A DNA stretch of 49,507 nt, counting the filler, from Trypethelium eluteriae (Eukaryota), in assembly GCA_051942245.1 (NCBI GenBank). It is 2 parts of 2 records of this genome, joined end to end, with 100 filler letters (N's around TTAATTAATTAA, not from the genome) between each part and the next. Parts side by side here need not be neighbours in the genome. Positions count along the whole stretch, not along the records: positions 1 to 24,712 come from JAVECL010000394.1; 1 more part is not named here. One strand, 5' to 3'. The translations under genes and the position numbers were made by a program. The notes below the pieces were generated by a model, which saw only the letters and a list, made by a program, of their open reading frames with translations, was not told where the DNA came from and searched no databases. Below are positions 1-11,377 of this stretch, piece by piece; position 1 is the first letter of the stretch, and each line of letters begins with the position of its first letter.

Positions 1-402
1 GGGTTTGGATGGGCGACTATGACTAAGTAGTGATAGTATTCAGGCTAGTGGGTTTGGGGGCGGGGATGTCATAGTATTTTTGGCATAGATTCTTGCTGTC
101 CTTGGTGCTTTTCCATTGGCGAGGATTGGCTTATTCTCAGGTATTGCTGGCGGGATAGGATTTTATGTGGCTTCTGTTATTGGGGAACAAGAAGTAGGAA
201 GTGTTTTGGGGGGATTCCGATATTTTTGCAGCATCAAGTTTCTAAGTTGGATCCATGATTCCGTCTTCATGGTCCAGTCATGAATCTCAATGCATAGGTA
301 CATTGCGTTTCACACCAAAAATAGAGACGAGAAATTCCTCCAGACTCGAAGCTACGAAGCATGAGCAGGGTGGCTTTAGCCGGTGTGAGCCCCAGCCCAA
401 TT

Positions 403-2135
403 CTACTGCCTTCTTCCCCAGAATGACCACTTCCAGTCTATAATCTCCTGCAGATCGATCTCCGTCTCATACGTCTCATTCTTGGATGCAATCTGCTGAT
501 CCCGTAATTGCTCCTTCAAGCTCGCCATCCGGTCCCCGAGTCCTTTTCGCTGCCGATTAATAGCCACCATTGTCATACTGCACTGATCCGCTTCGTTCCT
601 GAGAGCCAGTCCCCGCGGCGTGTCGATATTCCTCTTCTCCTTATACCCTGTGATGTAGTTTTGGCGCTGACCCGGCTGTATATATGTCAGACGATGGACC
701 AGCCACGGATGGCTGTGGATATTGAAGGTGAAGGGTTCGTTGCGTTGTAAGTAGCGACTCGTACCCCGCCTCAGACATGCCATGTGGACAGCTCGTAGGC
801 GGAAACAGCTTCAAACAAATCTTTCTCGTTCATAAGTTGGATTCTGATGTCCGGAATCTTCTCGCAGAGCAACGCCATCACAGCGAGAGATTTATTTGTG
901 ATACTATCGCCGCAGGACACCATGACGACGTCGGGCTCGGCATCGGGATCGTTTAAGGAGCAAGCCCAGCGTCCAGCACCTTTCGTGCAGCGTGCGACTG
1001 TGTCGTCCATGGAAAGGTACTGCCGGTAGTTCTGCTTGTTGGGAACGATGCGACATAGTTGACGGAGAGAGGCAGTAGTTCATGACTAAGAAGAGGCAGT
1101 TGGCGTCGGGTGGTCTATAGATTTGGACCACTTCGGGGGACTTGTTTACGACAACATTGAGAGAGCCAGGGTCCTGTTGAGTGAAGTCGTTGTGATCTTG
1201 GCGCCAGACGATGGACGCGTTGAGGGAGGCGGAGCGGACACGCCATTTAACTTCGTTGCATTTTTCCAGCCACTTCGAGTGTTGTTCGATCATAGAGTCG
1301 ATGATGTGGATGAAGGGTTCGTAGCTGTTGAGGAGCCATTCAAGGTTGTCCACCATTGATCACGGGAATTGCACTCGTGCGGCGAAGACCTGGAGGGACC
1401 ACTTCCGTTAGTTCTTTCCGGAGATCCCAACTCTCATCGACGTTCTTTACTAGCTCGTAACTCTTCATCCAATTCTCGAGCAACTTTAGCTGGGATACAT
1501 TTTTCAGAACATCAGCCAATAGTATTTGATGAGCACGCCAAAAGCCTTCGAAATAATGACCGTCGACCTTTCGGGAACATGTCCAACCCTTCGGGCTACG
1601 CAAGATAATCATTGGCCACCGTGGCTGAACCGCTTTGCTGGATTTCGGCCTTCCTTCAGGAATCGTCTGATGTTGTTCACGGGCGGCTCCATGGTTGCGG
1701 CCGTGGCTCGATGCATGCTCTCAAGGTCAATACCCTCAACAAAGTATGGGGTGTGGCCGTGTCCGGTGAATAGAAGCTTGAGCCCCTTCTGGCTGATACG
1801 AACCAGAAGCGTAGAATTGGAATATCTTATCTCCATTGAGATAGAGGAGGGGGAGAACGGTACCGACCTGGATTAGGTCAAGAAACTTTATTGCTGTACC
1901 AGCCAGAAGCAAAGAAGTCCGGCCTCTGGTTCTCCCTCTCCAGCCCCAAATACGGAAATGCGATCAGGATAAGCAAACACAGTGACAAATGCATGCAAAA
2001 GTGAGTACCTCTAGCCAAGCTCACTACCCACACGGTGACGAGAGTCCCCGAATGACATGACCGCCTATTCCACCAGGAATCGAAAACCGCTTGAAGAAGC
2101 CTCTCGTACTATCCATGCCTTCTGCTTTGTCGAGG
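403..2135 (-). pseudogene. Degenerate xylulose-5-phosphate/fructose-6-phosphate phosphoketolase (XFP/Xpk family)
   Basis: Collinear XFP motifs scattered over several frames: FFKRFSIPGGIGGH, ELG*RYSLLHAF (in-frame TAG), TPYFVEG..ESMHRATAATME, MIILRSPKGW..EGFWRAHQ, SYEPFIHIIDSM..WRQDHNDFTQQDPG..PPDAN, EPDVVMVSCGD, HSHPWLVHRLTY..GYKEK..IDTP. Many frameshifts, no N-terminus, and a large internal deletion near 1340. Confidence 0.93.
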
Positions 2136-2324
2136 TAGACTTTAGGACGGTCAATCATGAAACAGGTGACTCTCCCACCCTCCCGTAAGTCAATCATCTA
2201 AACCTTGACCGCCTTCCTGGCAGTATTCTTGCCGAGGCCTCCGGTTATTGGATGACAGCTACGCTGAGTTCCCAACTCCAGACTGCCATCTTTTGCCTAT
2301 GCTCTGGCAAAAATTGGTCAACTA

Positions 2325-3423
2325 ATGGCAGATCTTCCTTCTCCTCCTTTCATAACTGTTCCAGGCATCGCCAATTTCCGCGACATCGGTGGAACACCCA
2401 TCTCTACCTCCACCAAAGTTTCATCGGGAGTACTGTTTCGTAGCGCTGACCCTTCAAATGTCACTCAAGCCGGTCTTGTGAAATTAAAGGACCTAGGAGT
2501 TACGCATTATTTCGATCTGAGGAGCACCATCGAAATTGAGAGAGATGCGTGGAACGCCGGCCAAAGTGCAGACCCTGAAACTGGTGTCGAGGGAACCAGG
2601 AAAATAGGTATCAAAAGATACTGGGCACCAGTTTTCGCGGGAGATGATTACTCACCTGAGAAGATCGCATTGCGGTATAGACAGTATGCTCGGGAAGGAA
2701 CAGAGGTGGGTCTCAATTTCTGTACATAATCCACCCTTCCAGTATCAGGGATGAATCGAGTAGCGTCATTTACGGTGGCCAAGCCGTGCGACTTGTGTGC
2801 CAAATTGCTGCGGAACCAACAAATATCACTTTGAAGCTCATTGCCCCATGCGTGTAGGGCTTCTCACACGCTTATGCCGATATCCTCCGTGCGGGCGCTC
2901 CTTCCTTTTCCAACATCTTCATGCATCTCGCCAACGTACCTTCACCCTGCCTCATCCATTGTACGGCTGGAAAAGATCGGACTGGTGTCTTTGTCGCTCT
3001 CCTCCTATCCCTTCTAGGCTGCAGTGACGAGACAGTAGCAGGTGAGTATGCCCTTACAGAGCAGGGGCTGGCAGAAAAGAAATCTATTTTTTTGGCGCGC
3101 CTGTTGCAGACGGAGGCTTTGAAAGGGGATCAGGAAGGTGCCGAAAACATGGTGGGGGCGAGGTGAGTGGGTGAAATCTTCCTTTACGAACAGGAGGCGA
3201 GACAAGGATGCATCAAATGTCATGCGCTCTGAGCTGTTCTCTACCCAACCTAACATTCCTTGTTGGAAGGAATGCTAACGCTGCGAACGATAGGGCAGCA
3301 AACATGCTTGCTACTCTTGTCATGTTACGAGAGGAATATGGAAGTGTCGAGGACTATTTGAAGAACATGTGCAACTTGACAGATCGCGACATCAGGAACA
3401 TCCGCGCGAGGTTCATTCACTAG
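2325..3423 (+). CDS. Tyrosine/lipid phosphatase, Y_phosphatase3 (IphP/PtpB-like) family
   Basis: Exons 2325-2705, 2858-3162, 3294-3423, GT-AG introns, frame checked. Motifs NFRDIGG, LFRSA, DLRS, catalytic HCTAGKDRTG, C-terminal YGSVEDYL. Confidence 0.92.
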
Positions 3424-3918
3424 ATTTAGCCCTCAACGCTAGCTAGCATTTTTAAAGCTTCTGAGTCTTCTATTGCGCAGACTCCATGCGGCGCTCGAGA
3501 GAAGACACAATTTGAATGAGTTCATGTGTCGAGGAACCCGTTCTGGGAAGAGCATTTCACGTAAATAGACTTTTAGACATAAGAGCTATACATTTAGATC
3601 CGACCAGAAACCGCATTAACCGAGTCCTCAAGTATCCATAAGCCACCGATCGATTTTTAGAATTCCCAAAAATTTTCCCGCATAATACAATACACGACGC
3701 TTTTGTTACTAATACTTCATGGGACAGTTTGATCAAAACGACGACCATTGCATTCTTGCCAAAGCTCTTGCTCAATCTGAGGCCGATACCGCAGCGTATC
3801 CAAAGAGCAGCTACTGATTCCAAGTCCTCTTGCATGTGCCGTGAGAAAGGAGGGATTTCTTTGGTGGTGTTTCAAAAGCCTCGCACATGTCTGAAAACCT
3901 TCCAGAATAATATTGCGC

Positions 3919-5684
3919 TCAGTACCTGCGCAAAGTCCCATCCTGAATATGCCCTCTGCATTCCTCAGGATCTTCATGAGCGCATGTCTCGGTCGTGTCT
4001 GGGGCAAAATCCTGAGTTGGCCTCATTGCTCTTGTGAACAGCAGTGCACCTAGGATATGTGTTCGATCCCTACTCGAGACTGGCCATACTCGGCGAAATG
4101 AGCCGACCTTGAATAGCGAGCCTTTCTCTGTCTTTGCTATGACTTTAGGCTCACCCGACGCCACATAGTCGTCATAGCTCATTCCGATAAATTCGGCCTC
4201 CCTTCGGACTCGGCGCGTTCGATAGAGCCAGATAGTATGAGAGATAAATATTCCGATTTCGAGCAGGACTCTGTGACTCGACAATAGTTTGTCAGCGAAA
4301 CGATCTAATGAACATGGATCGGATTTCCCGTATTAATGCGCCTCATCACGATCCCTCTTGCATGAAGGACTCGTACTGGATGCAGAAAGTAGGCGAGGGC
4401 TGAACTCACACAACGATGTATTGGGTTCCTCCGAGGACATCAAATGTCTGCTGGACCACTATTTGACAAGATTTTAGCGTTCGTATACATAGTAAAGGCT
4501 GTGCTAAAACTTGCCTAGAGCTAGCAGAGAGAAGATCCCGCCCGCAAAGTCGATGGAAAGGAAGATGAAGTCTATCCCAGGGATTAGTCATATTTGCAAG
4601 TCATCAAACCGTGGAGACTCACTGATTCCTATGACTCGGCCTTTGCTCTTCGCGAAATCAAAATATGGAGGTATGAGTCCCCCTGCCAAGAGAATAGCTG
4701 CCACGACACCGATCAAAATTATTGGCCATGAGATACCAAGCTTGTACGGCGGCTGTACAGAATCTTTAGTCTCCAGTTCTCCGAAGGACTCGTTGATAAC
4801 CTACCCTTATGAGGAAGATCAGTAGGACTTCACTAGCAGCGAAAGCTGCAACCATAAGGATTGTCACACAGGAAGCTTTCCGTACGCTGTACTTGCTTTT
4901 GCTATTTAGCTAAACTTCAGAACTGGCAAGATACCCATACTTATGATAAAACAACGTTTGACCCCAACAGATTAGACAGAGGCAAAGGAGGATCTGAGGC
5001 TGAATTTGCAAGGGGATGTTGAATTCCTATTTGGCTCGTGAGAAGATATTTGGGCTTTGGCTTCAACCTGCTGACCTGTACGATGTTATAAACCCCAAAC
5101 GGGACACCGGCTAGTCAAGGTCAATCTCTTTATGCTTTTGGACACGTCCAAGTTTGAACCCACCTGCAGCCCAGAGGAATGGCATAATCCCCGGCAGGCC
5201 TTCTGTAGACTTCCGATGCCAATTGTACCATATTCTGCCCGGGGGTTAGCTGAAAGAAAAGAATAGGATAAACCGTTCGAGGCCCAGTACTGTGGAATGA
5301 TCTGACAAAATCGCATTCCAAGTCAGTTTGACTGCACTGATCTCTGAGCGCATGACGATAAGTCAAAACAAAACGCCCACCTGTATTGACCAGCATCTTC
5401 ACGAATGTCAGTGTTCATTGTCCATGAATCAAAATCTGTTTACTGCATACACTGGATGAGATTAGTGCGGTGTCTTAGCTGGATTGGACTCCGTAGAACT
5501 CACTTGTACCAATGGTCTTGAAGACCTAGCTGTTAGAGATTTCCAAGCTAACTGAATGATTGAAGTGACTCACCCCAAGAGCACTTGCTGCCTGTCAATC
5601 ATGTTAACCTAGAAAAGGAGCTCCATAGACGCTGCTTGAACCGGGTGTTTGACCTACCGGTGGTATATGACCTTGCGGTGCCAT
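3919..5684 (-). CDS. PQ-loop repeat membrane protein, Ilt1/YDR090C-like (about 318 aa, 14 exons)
   Basis: Exons in transcription order: 5684-5658, 5591-5574, 5516-5504, 5451 (1 nt), 5396-5381, 5301-5291, 5234-5164, 5110-5076, 5026-4941, 4895-4805, 4752-4623, 4571-4515, 4458-4410, 4270-3919; 957 nt, open throughout. Product MAPQGHIPPAASALGTIGTICWSIQIIPQIWYNWHRKSTEGLPG..QIQPQ..GLIPPYFDFAKSKGRVIGINFIFLSID..LEIGIFISH matches the Ilt1-type PQ-loop pattern as I recall it. Confidence 0.9.
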
Positions 5685-7661
5685 TTTGATATTATCCTAG
5701 TAATGAGAAAGTTGAGCAAAGTCTTGCAATGACAAATTTATCAAGCAAAGGCAGATAACCAGATAAGTAGACAAAGAAACAAAGGTCGGCAACTGCGCAA
5801 AGGAGTGGCCTTGCGACTTTAGAAACTCTATACCTCCTGTCATTGTAGCCTTTCTATTAGTCTATGAGAGATGCCGCGACATCCGGCTCTATCATGTCGT
5901 AGGTCATTGTTGCTGCTTCCGTAGGATGCTGACGGTGAAAGCTATTTGGAGTTAGAGGCTTTTCAAGTCACATAGGACCCACTTGAAACGTAGCTATTGC
6001 TAGTTGCCGTATTCACTGGCAAGGGAAAGTCTAAATTCCAGGAGTTGGAGAGGCGCTAGCACCGTGATATGTTGATGCAAGGTCTTCAAACCCTTAGGCT
6101 GCGGAGACCTTTTGCATCTAGATCGAGAGACTAAAGAGCCTAAATACGAAATGCGGCGAAACTGTCAAGCGCATTTGACGCCAAGAAAGGGTGTCACCGG
6201 AGAAGGTTGCGGAACGATGTTGAAACGATAGTCCGCAGCGGGGCAAATAGCTCTGAATGAATTCTGTAGCTCTAGAGGAAATCGACTCGGGAGGAAGTAG
6301 TTTAAGGAATGATGATCCTATTGGCTGATAATGATGATTGGCAACTATTGAGGATTAGTCGTGATTAACGACGCCGTTGCCTAAGGTGGCGTCAAGGATT
6401 AGTAGGATCCTCCTTAGATCATTGACGGTGTTGGGAAAGTCCGTGACCGAAACAAGGCTCTAGTCATAGAGGAGACGATGAAAGAATTTCTTAGTCTCGT
6501 TAGTTGACGTCGGTGTTCGATAACCTGTACAGGTCATGACATACGGTATTCTACAGCTCTTCGTTTACCACTTTTCTTCTCCTTACAATTACACTGACTG
6601 GGTAAGGGAGTACCCATATGCCCAACCAAGGAATCCTAATCAGCATTTACGAGGATATGCTCACAGTCGCGCCACTACCGACAAGATGCTTGCTCCAGAC
6701 AGTATGGTGCTTATGCGTACGATCTGCGTGATGTGGCAGCAGCTACAGCTGCAAAGTAAGACTGGAGAACTATCAGACTAGTCGACGGCTCCCGCTCCCG
6801 TCCTTTTAGTGTATCTCGGAGAGATACAGAGGCGTGGATGGTCATTATGCTACAATTTGCGGCTGTCTTCCGTTAGAACTAGGTTGTCGGCATCGGGTCC
6901 GAAAGGTGACGAGCTCCAAAATATTCTCGTCCCAAGCGACACTAGGAATCTGAGCCGTTGCCGCGAGCAGAACCAAGTCGCGCCACTTTTTAATCCTTTG
7001 GATTCTCACCTCCTAACGTCTTTTTTGACGAGGCCCCTTTGCAGGGAACTGGTTTTGTATGTGAAGCGCCGCAGCCGCCATCGGAGGGGAGGACTCCAGC
7101 GCTTTGGGAACACAACTGTGGACGTGTGAGACATAGCTGAGATCGACAGTCAGTGGCCAAGAGGCTACGAATATAGTGGAGCCCCGTTGCAAAAGGAAAA
7201 CGAGATGCCCAATCACAAGAGTACTCAGGACATTTAGCGGTCCTGTACAAACGGGCTCAAAAGGGCTGAGTGCATTTGAGCGTGCTTAAGCTCGAAACAT
7301 ACTAGAGCCGCAGCCCACACCAAGACAAATTAGAATGAAGCATGGTATCTTAGATTAAGCAAAGGCTATATATAAAAAAGAACATGTGGGGAATACTTCA
7401 AGCCTCAACAACCCACGACTAAACATAAAGGAAAGCCGGAAAGAGAGAGACATGTATTACAACAGGTGAACCTTTCGCAGAAAGGCCCGGGGCGCCCGCT
7501 CTGTGGCTTGCAGTTTGCAGTAGAAGATGCTGACTGGGTTGCACTTTTTGTCAAATGAGCAGGTGCAAATCCTTACCCACATGCGCCGCGCAGGTAGACT
7601 TGTTTTGAAAAAGGTCCGAAGAAATTCCCCTTCCACAACTCAACTGCACTCGACGCCCGGT

Positions 7662-9276
7662 TCAGGCAGGAGTAGCCTCTGTACCATCCTCGTCCATAAT
7701 TTGGCTGCTCTGGTCTCGATGCATGCGAGCTTCGATTTCCTTCAACTGGCTCTCCCGCGCGAGGAGCTCTTGCCTCTTCTCGTTGATTTCGCGCTGCACC
7801 TTGACCTCGATCTCGCGCAGCTTCTCCTCCTCGCGGCGCAGCTGCTCTTCTTTGAGACGGACCGATTGGGAGGCAAGATCTTCGGGATTCATGGATGAAT
7901 CGCTATCAGAACGTTAGCATTGGTCAGAGAGAAAGATGGGGAAACGAATATGAGATGGTTGGGAGATCGTCCGATCACGAAGACCCGCAATCGCACGAGG
8001 GGCCAAATGTAGTGTAACATACTGCGACGCGCCACCCTCCACGCTCTTGCTGAGTTTCTCAGTACGGTAGTTTTCGTACAGAAAGTCATGCGTAATCTCC
8101 TTCAAGTCTGCCAAATGACTGTGCAACAACGCACTTCGGACCGCTAGGAAATCACTGTGTCTTGGATTGTCCACCTCAACTAAGCCCCAGGGATATTGTC
8201 GCGCACGTATCTTGCGTCCATTCACATCGACAACTTCCTCAGAGCCAACGATCGCAAAGGGCATGAGACCGCGTAGCTCGGCATTTTCCTCTACTGTGTC
8301 CTCATCATCTTCCTCAATATCATAAGGGAAATTGTAGACTGGTATACGGTAGTGTTCGATATCTTCCATGACAAGCTTCTTGGATTCAGCAAGCTCGGCA
8401 GGGGTCAAGGAGTCCGCTTTACCAATAACAGGGATAACGTTGACGCGAGGAGAGAGACGCTTCATCAGCTCGATGTCCAGTTCTCGAAGTCTACAGACTA
8501 GTGTCAGCGAGTGTAGCAAAGCCGGGGAAAGTCAGACGTACCCATGTCCAGTAGGCGTGATGAAGTAGAGAAGTACGTGGACACGGTTGTCGCGGAATCG
8601 AGGGTTACGCTTGATACGGGATTCTTCAGCCAGGATGTCGTCGTACTGCCTTTCGAGATATCCGCGGATTTCGGAGAAGCTAAATCTGTGAATTGATGTT
8701 CATTTCTTCTTCAAGAGCCAGGTGCCGTACCTGGCCTCATTGTCAATTTGGTCGCCAAAACCAGGCGTGTCTACAATCGTGAGGGAAATGCGGGTGCCTT
8801 CCTCGTCAAGCTCAAGTTCTGCCAGAAAAGGTTTGTTAGTGGCTGCGTTGATGCCATGGGCTTGGTCGGGACTTGAGGTTGCCTACCGACTGTAATGGGC
8901 TTTATCCGAACGCCTTCCTCTACGTGTGCATTGATAGCGTCGTCATCGTCGCGACCTGATAGAACTTTCTTGCCGCAGAGAGTGTTGACGAATGTAGTCC
9001 GGCCTAACGAACGTATCAGTCTAAAAGGTCGAAGCAAACAGCCGAGGTCGCATGTACCTGTGCCTGATGCACCGCAAACCATCAAGCAGAACTGGATTCC
9101 TTTCTTCACATTCTTCTTCCTGCGAAGCTTGATCTATCGAGAAGTCATGTCAGCCTTGAGCCGTACAGCGCCATACAAGCAATGCAGCAGCCACTGCGAA
9201 GAGGGATGAAGCTGGTGAGGTAGAATCGACACCGAGGGAAATTGCGAGGACGTACATTGCCAGCATTGGACGACAT
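7662..9276 (-). CDS. CDC11: Septin Cdc11/AspA
   Basis: Exons 9276-9256, 9133-9058, 9003-8887, 8818-8731, 8679-8542, 8490-8023, 7902-7662. P-loop GASGTGRTT (Cdc11-type), DTPGFGD, GKADSLT, septin unique element RQYPWG..HSDF, C-terminal coiled coil. Confidence 0.96.
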
Positions 9277-9804
9277 GGTTTCGGCGCAAGAAGAGGGCAA
9301 CTCAATTTATGAGGAGAAAGCAGAGAAGCGAATGGAGCGCCGAAAGAAGAAGATGAAGCCGACGAGATGTGAATTATGGGTCGTCGCTTTGGTTTGCCGT
9401 AGTTCTGGATGTTCTCGTCGAGCTGGGAAACTTCAAAGGGGCTCACTAGCGCCTTCCCCAGGGTCTGGCGCGTCCTCCAATCAACGCACGTGCTCATTTA
9501 ACATGAAGGTCATCATCTCACCCCACCCGACCTTGACCAGCTCCTGGCATTCAAGTCTCGTGGGGTTAAGCAGGCGTATTTGAAGCAATTCAAGATACCC
9601 TATGTTCTGACTCTGATAGGTATTACGAAGGCACTCCTCAGCTTCCGCCCCACAGCTTTCCCGTGGCTGACCTTTCTTTACCCCAGAAACGCCATGTTCA
9701 TCAAACATGGACGCTTTGATAAAATCCGGTAGAAGCTTTACTACACCAGCCTCCGGCCGAAAATTCCCCAGAGAAGACCTCAATTCTTTGCGCAGGCTCC
9801 CAAC

Positions 9805-11070
9805 ATGAATACCCGGCGTCCTCTTGATAACTCCAAGGCTCCAGCAGCACTGTCAGTGTCCCTGAACGACGACAAGAGCTTCTTCTCAGTCGGGCTCGAA
9901 GATGGTTTTCGGATATACAACGCACGCACATGCGATGCCGTAGCTTCTCAGGTCGACCTTAACGGAGGCATCGGCAGCGCCGAGATGGTCGACCGGACCA
10001 ACTTCCTCGCCCTCGTCGGCGGTGGCAAGCAGCCCAAGTTCCCCCAGAACAAAGTCATCATCTGGGACGACAGGAAGAAGACCAAAGTACTCACCCTCGA
10101 ATTCCGCGCCGCCATCCAGCGCGTCCGCATCTCGCGCACGCACATCGTCGTCGTCCTCCTCAACAGCGTCAACCTCTACAAGTTTTCCACCACGCCCGAG
10201 AAGCTCGGCGCCTTCGAGACGACCAACAACCCCTTCGGCCTCTGCTGCTTGGGGAAACGCCTCCTCTGCTTCCCAGGACGCACCCCGGGTCACGTCCAGC
10301 TCGTCGAGCTCGCCAGCCGCAACATCAGCATCCTCCCCGCGCACTCTGCCCCCCTCCGCGCCCTCGACCTCAGCCTCGACGAGGCCGTCTGCGCCACCGC
10401 TAGCGAAAAGGGCACCCTCCTGCGCGTCTGGTCCACCGCCAACTGCAGCCGACTCGCCGAGCTCCGGCGGGGCGTCGACCCGGCCGCCGTCTTCTCCCTC
10501 GCCATCTCGCCCAACTCCACCTACCTCGCCGTCACGTCGGACAAGTCGACGCTACACCTCTTCGATCTGCCGCCTTTGCGCGGGAGTAGTGGCAGCGGCG
10601 GCGGCGGCGGCGGCGGCGGAGCGGGCAACCGCGCCGCTTCACCGTCAATAGGTGGCAGCGATGGCGGCGGGCCGAATTGGGAGGTCGTGTCGTCGGAAGG
10701 GTATCCCCTGGGCGCTGCATCCAATGCGAACAAGAAATATGGCATCTTCTCCACGATGCCGCTTATGCCGCGTGTGGTGACGGACACGTACAGTCTCGCG
10801 TCGGCGCACTTTGAGATTGGGGAGGAACCTGAAGGGTGGACGCCTGCTGGAGGGCTGGGTAAGGTTGGGGCCTCACCGAGTCGCAGTGTGCCGATTCCCG
10901 GGGTACCTGGGGGAAGACCGCCCAAGGGGGTCATTGGATGGTTGAACGATGAGACAATGATTGTGCTGGGGGCAGGACATGATGCGCGGTGGGAGCAGTT
11001 CTCTTTAAGACTTGGAGAAGAGGGAAGGCGGTTTTTGGCGAGGGATGGATGGCGGAGGTATATGGAATAG
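9805..11070 (+). CDS. HSV2: PROPPIN WD40 phosphoinositide-binding protein Hsv2 (SVP1-like 2, WIPI3/4 group)
   Basis: Intronless 421-aa ORF with NFLALVGGGKQPKFPQNKVIIWDD, ATASEKGTLLRVW, lipid-binding LRRG (Hsv2 type, not Atg18 FRRG) and SDKSTLHLF. Confidence 0.92.
   Translation: MNTRRPLDNSKAPAALSVSLNDDKSFFSVGLEDGFRIYNARTCDAVASQVDLNGGIGSAEMVDRTNFLALVGGGKQPKFPQNKVIIWDDRKKTKVLTLEFRAAIQRVRISRTHIVVVLLNSVNLYKFSTTPEKLGAFETTNNPFGLCCLGKRLLCFPGRTPGHVQLVELASRNISILPAHSAPLRALDLSLDEAVCATASEKGTLLRVWSTANCSRLAELRRGVDPAAVFSLAISPNSTYLAVTSDKSTLHLFDLPPLRGSSGSGGGGGGGGAGNRAASPSIGGSDGGGPNWEVVSSEGYPLGAASNANKKYGIFSTMPLMPRVVTDTYSLASAHFEIGEEPEGWTPAGGLGKVGASPSRSVPIPGVPGGRPPKGVIGWLNDETMIVLGAGHDARWEQFSLRLGEEGRRFLARDGWRRYME
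10596..10620 (+). repeat. (GGC)n coding microsatellite, poly-Gly in an Hsv2 loop
   Basis: Run of ggc triplets read directly; encodes GGGGGGGG. Confidence 0.85.
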
Positions 11071-11377
11071 AGGAACTACGATAAACTATGCACCGTCTCG
11101 AAGAGGCGAAGTAATGGAAGCGTTGGCGTTGGGATGGATTAAAACTACGAGGTTGTATTGCGTCACGTATGATAAAATTATTGTGCTAGATTAATGCGAG
11201 GTGTAATCTATGCCAAAACAGCACCAGAGCCCATGACTCTATATACGCAAATTTGGGACTTGTACAAAGTAGATCTGTGGTGACAGCTACTATGTCCCAC
11301 CAAAAACCAAGCAAACACCTCAAAAGGGTTTGAGGTAAGGCGGTGTGGGGTACAGTACAACAGAAGAGAAAACTCCT

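Noticed and set aside
1..250. G/T-rich stretch at the window start
   Set aside because: No recognisable ORF, repeat unit or terminal structure; too little context.
5397..5503. Stwintron interpretation of the twin introns
   Set aside because: Excising either intron does not rebuild a split donor (G/T) or acceptor (A/G); both introns are complete as they stand.
3919..5684. Counting the PQ-loop gene as part of the vacuolar cluster
   Set aside because: It resembles the Ilt1/YDR090C subfamily (plasma membrane in yeast) rather than vacuolar Ypq or Ers1 proteins.
6515..6545. LTR end plus primer-binding-site-like sequence (minus strand ACAGGTTATCG)
   Set aside because: No second LTR, no gag or pol motifs, and only a partial PBS match.
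9886..10934. Several long overlapping ORFs inside HSV2
   Set aside because: Shadow frames caused by high GC3; low-complexity products.
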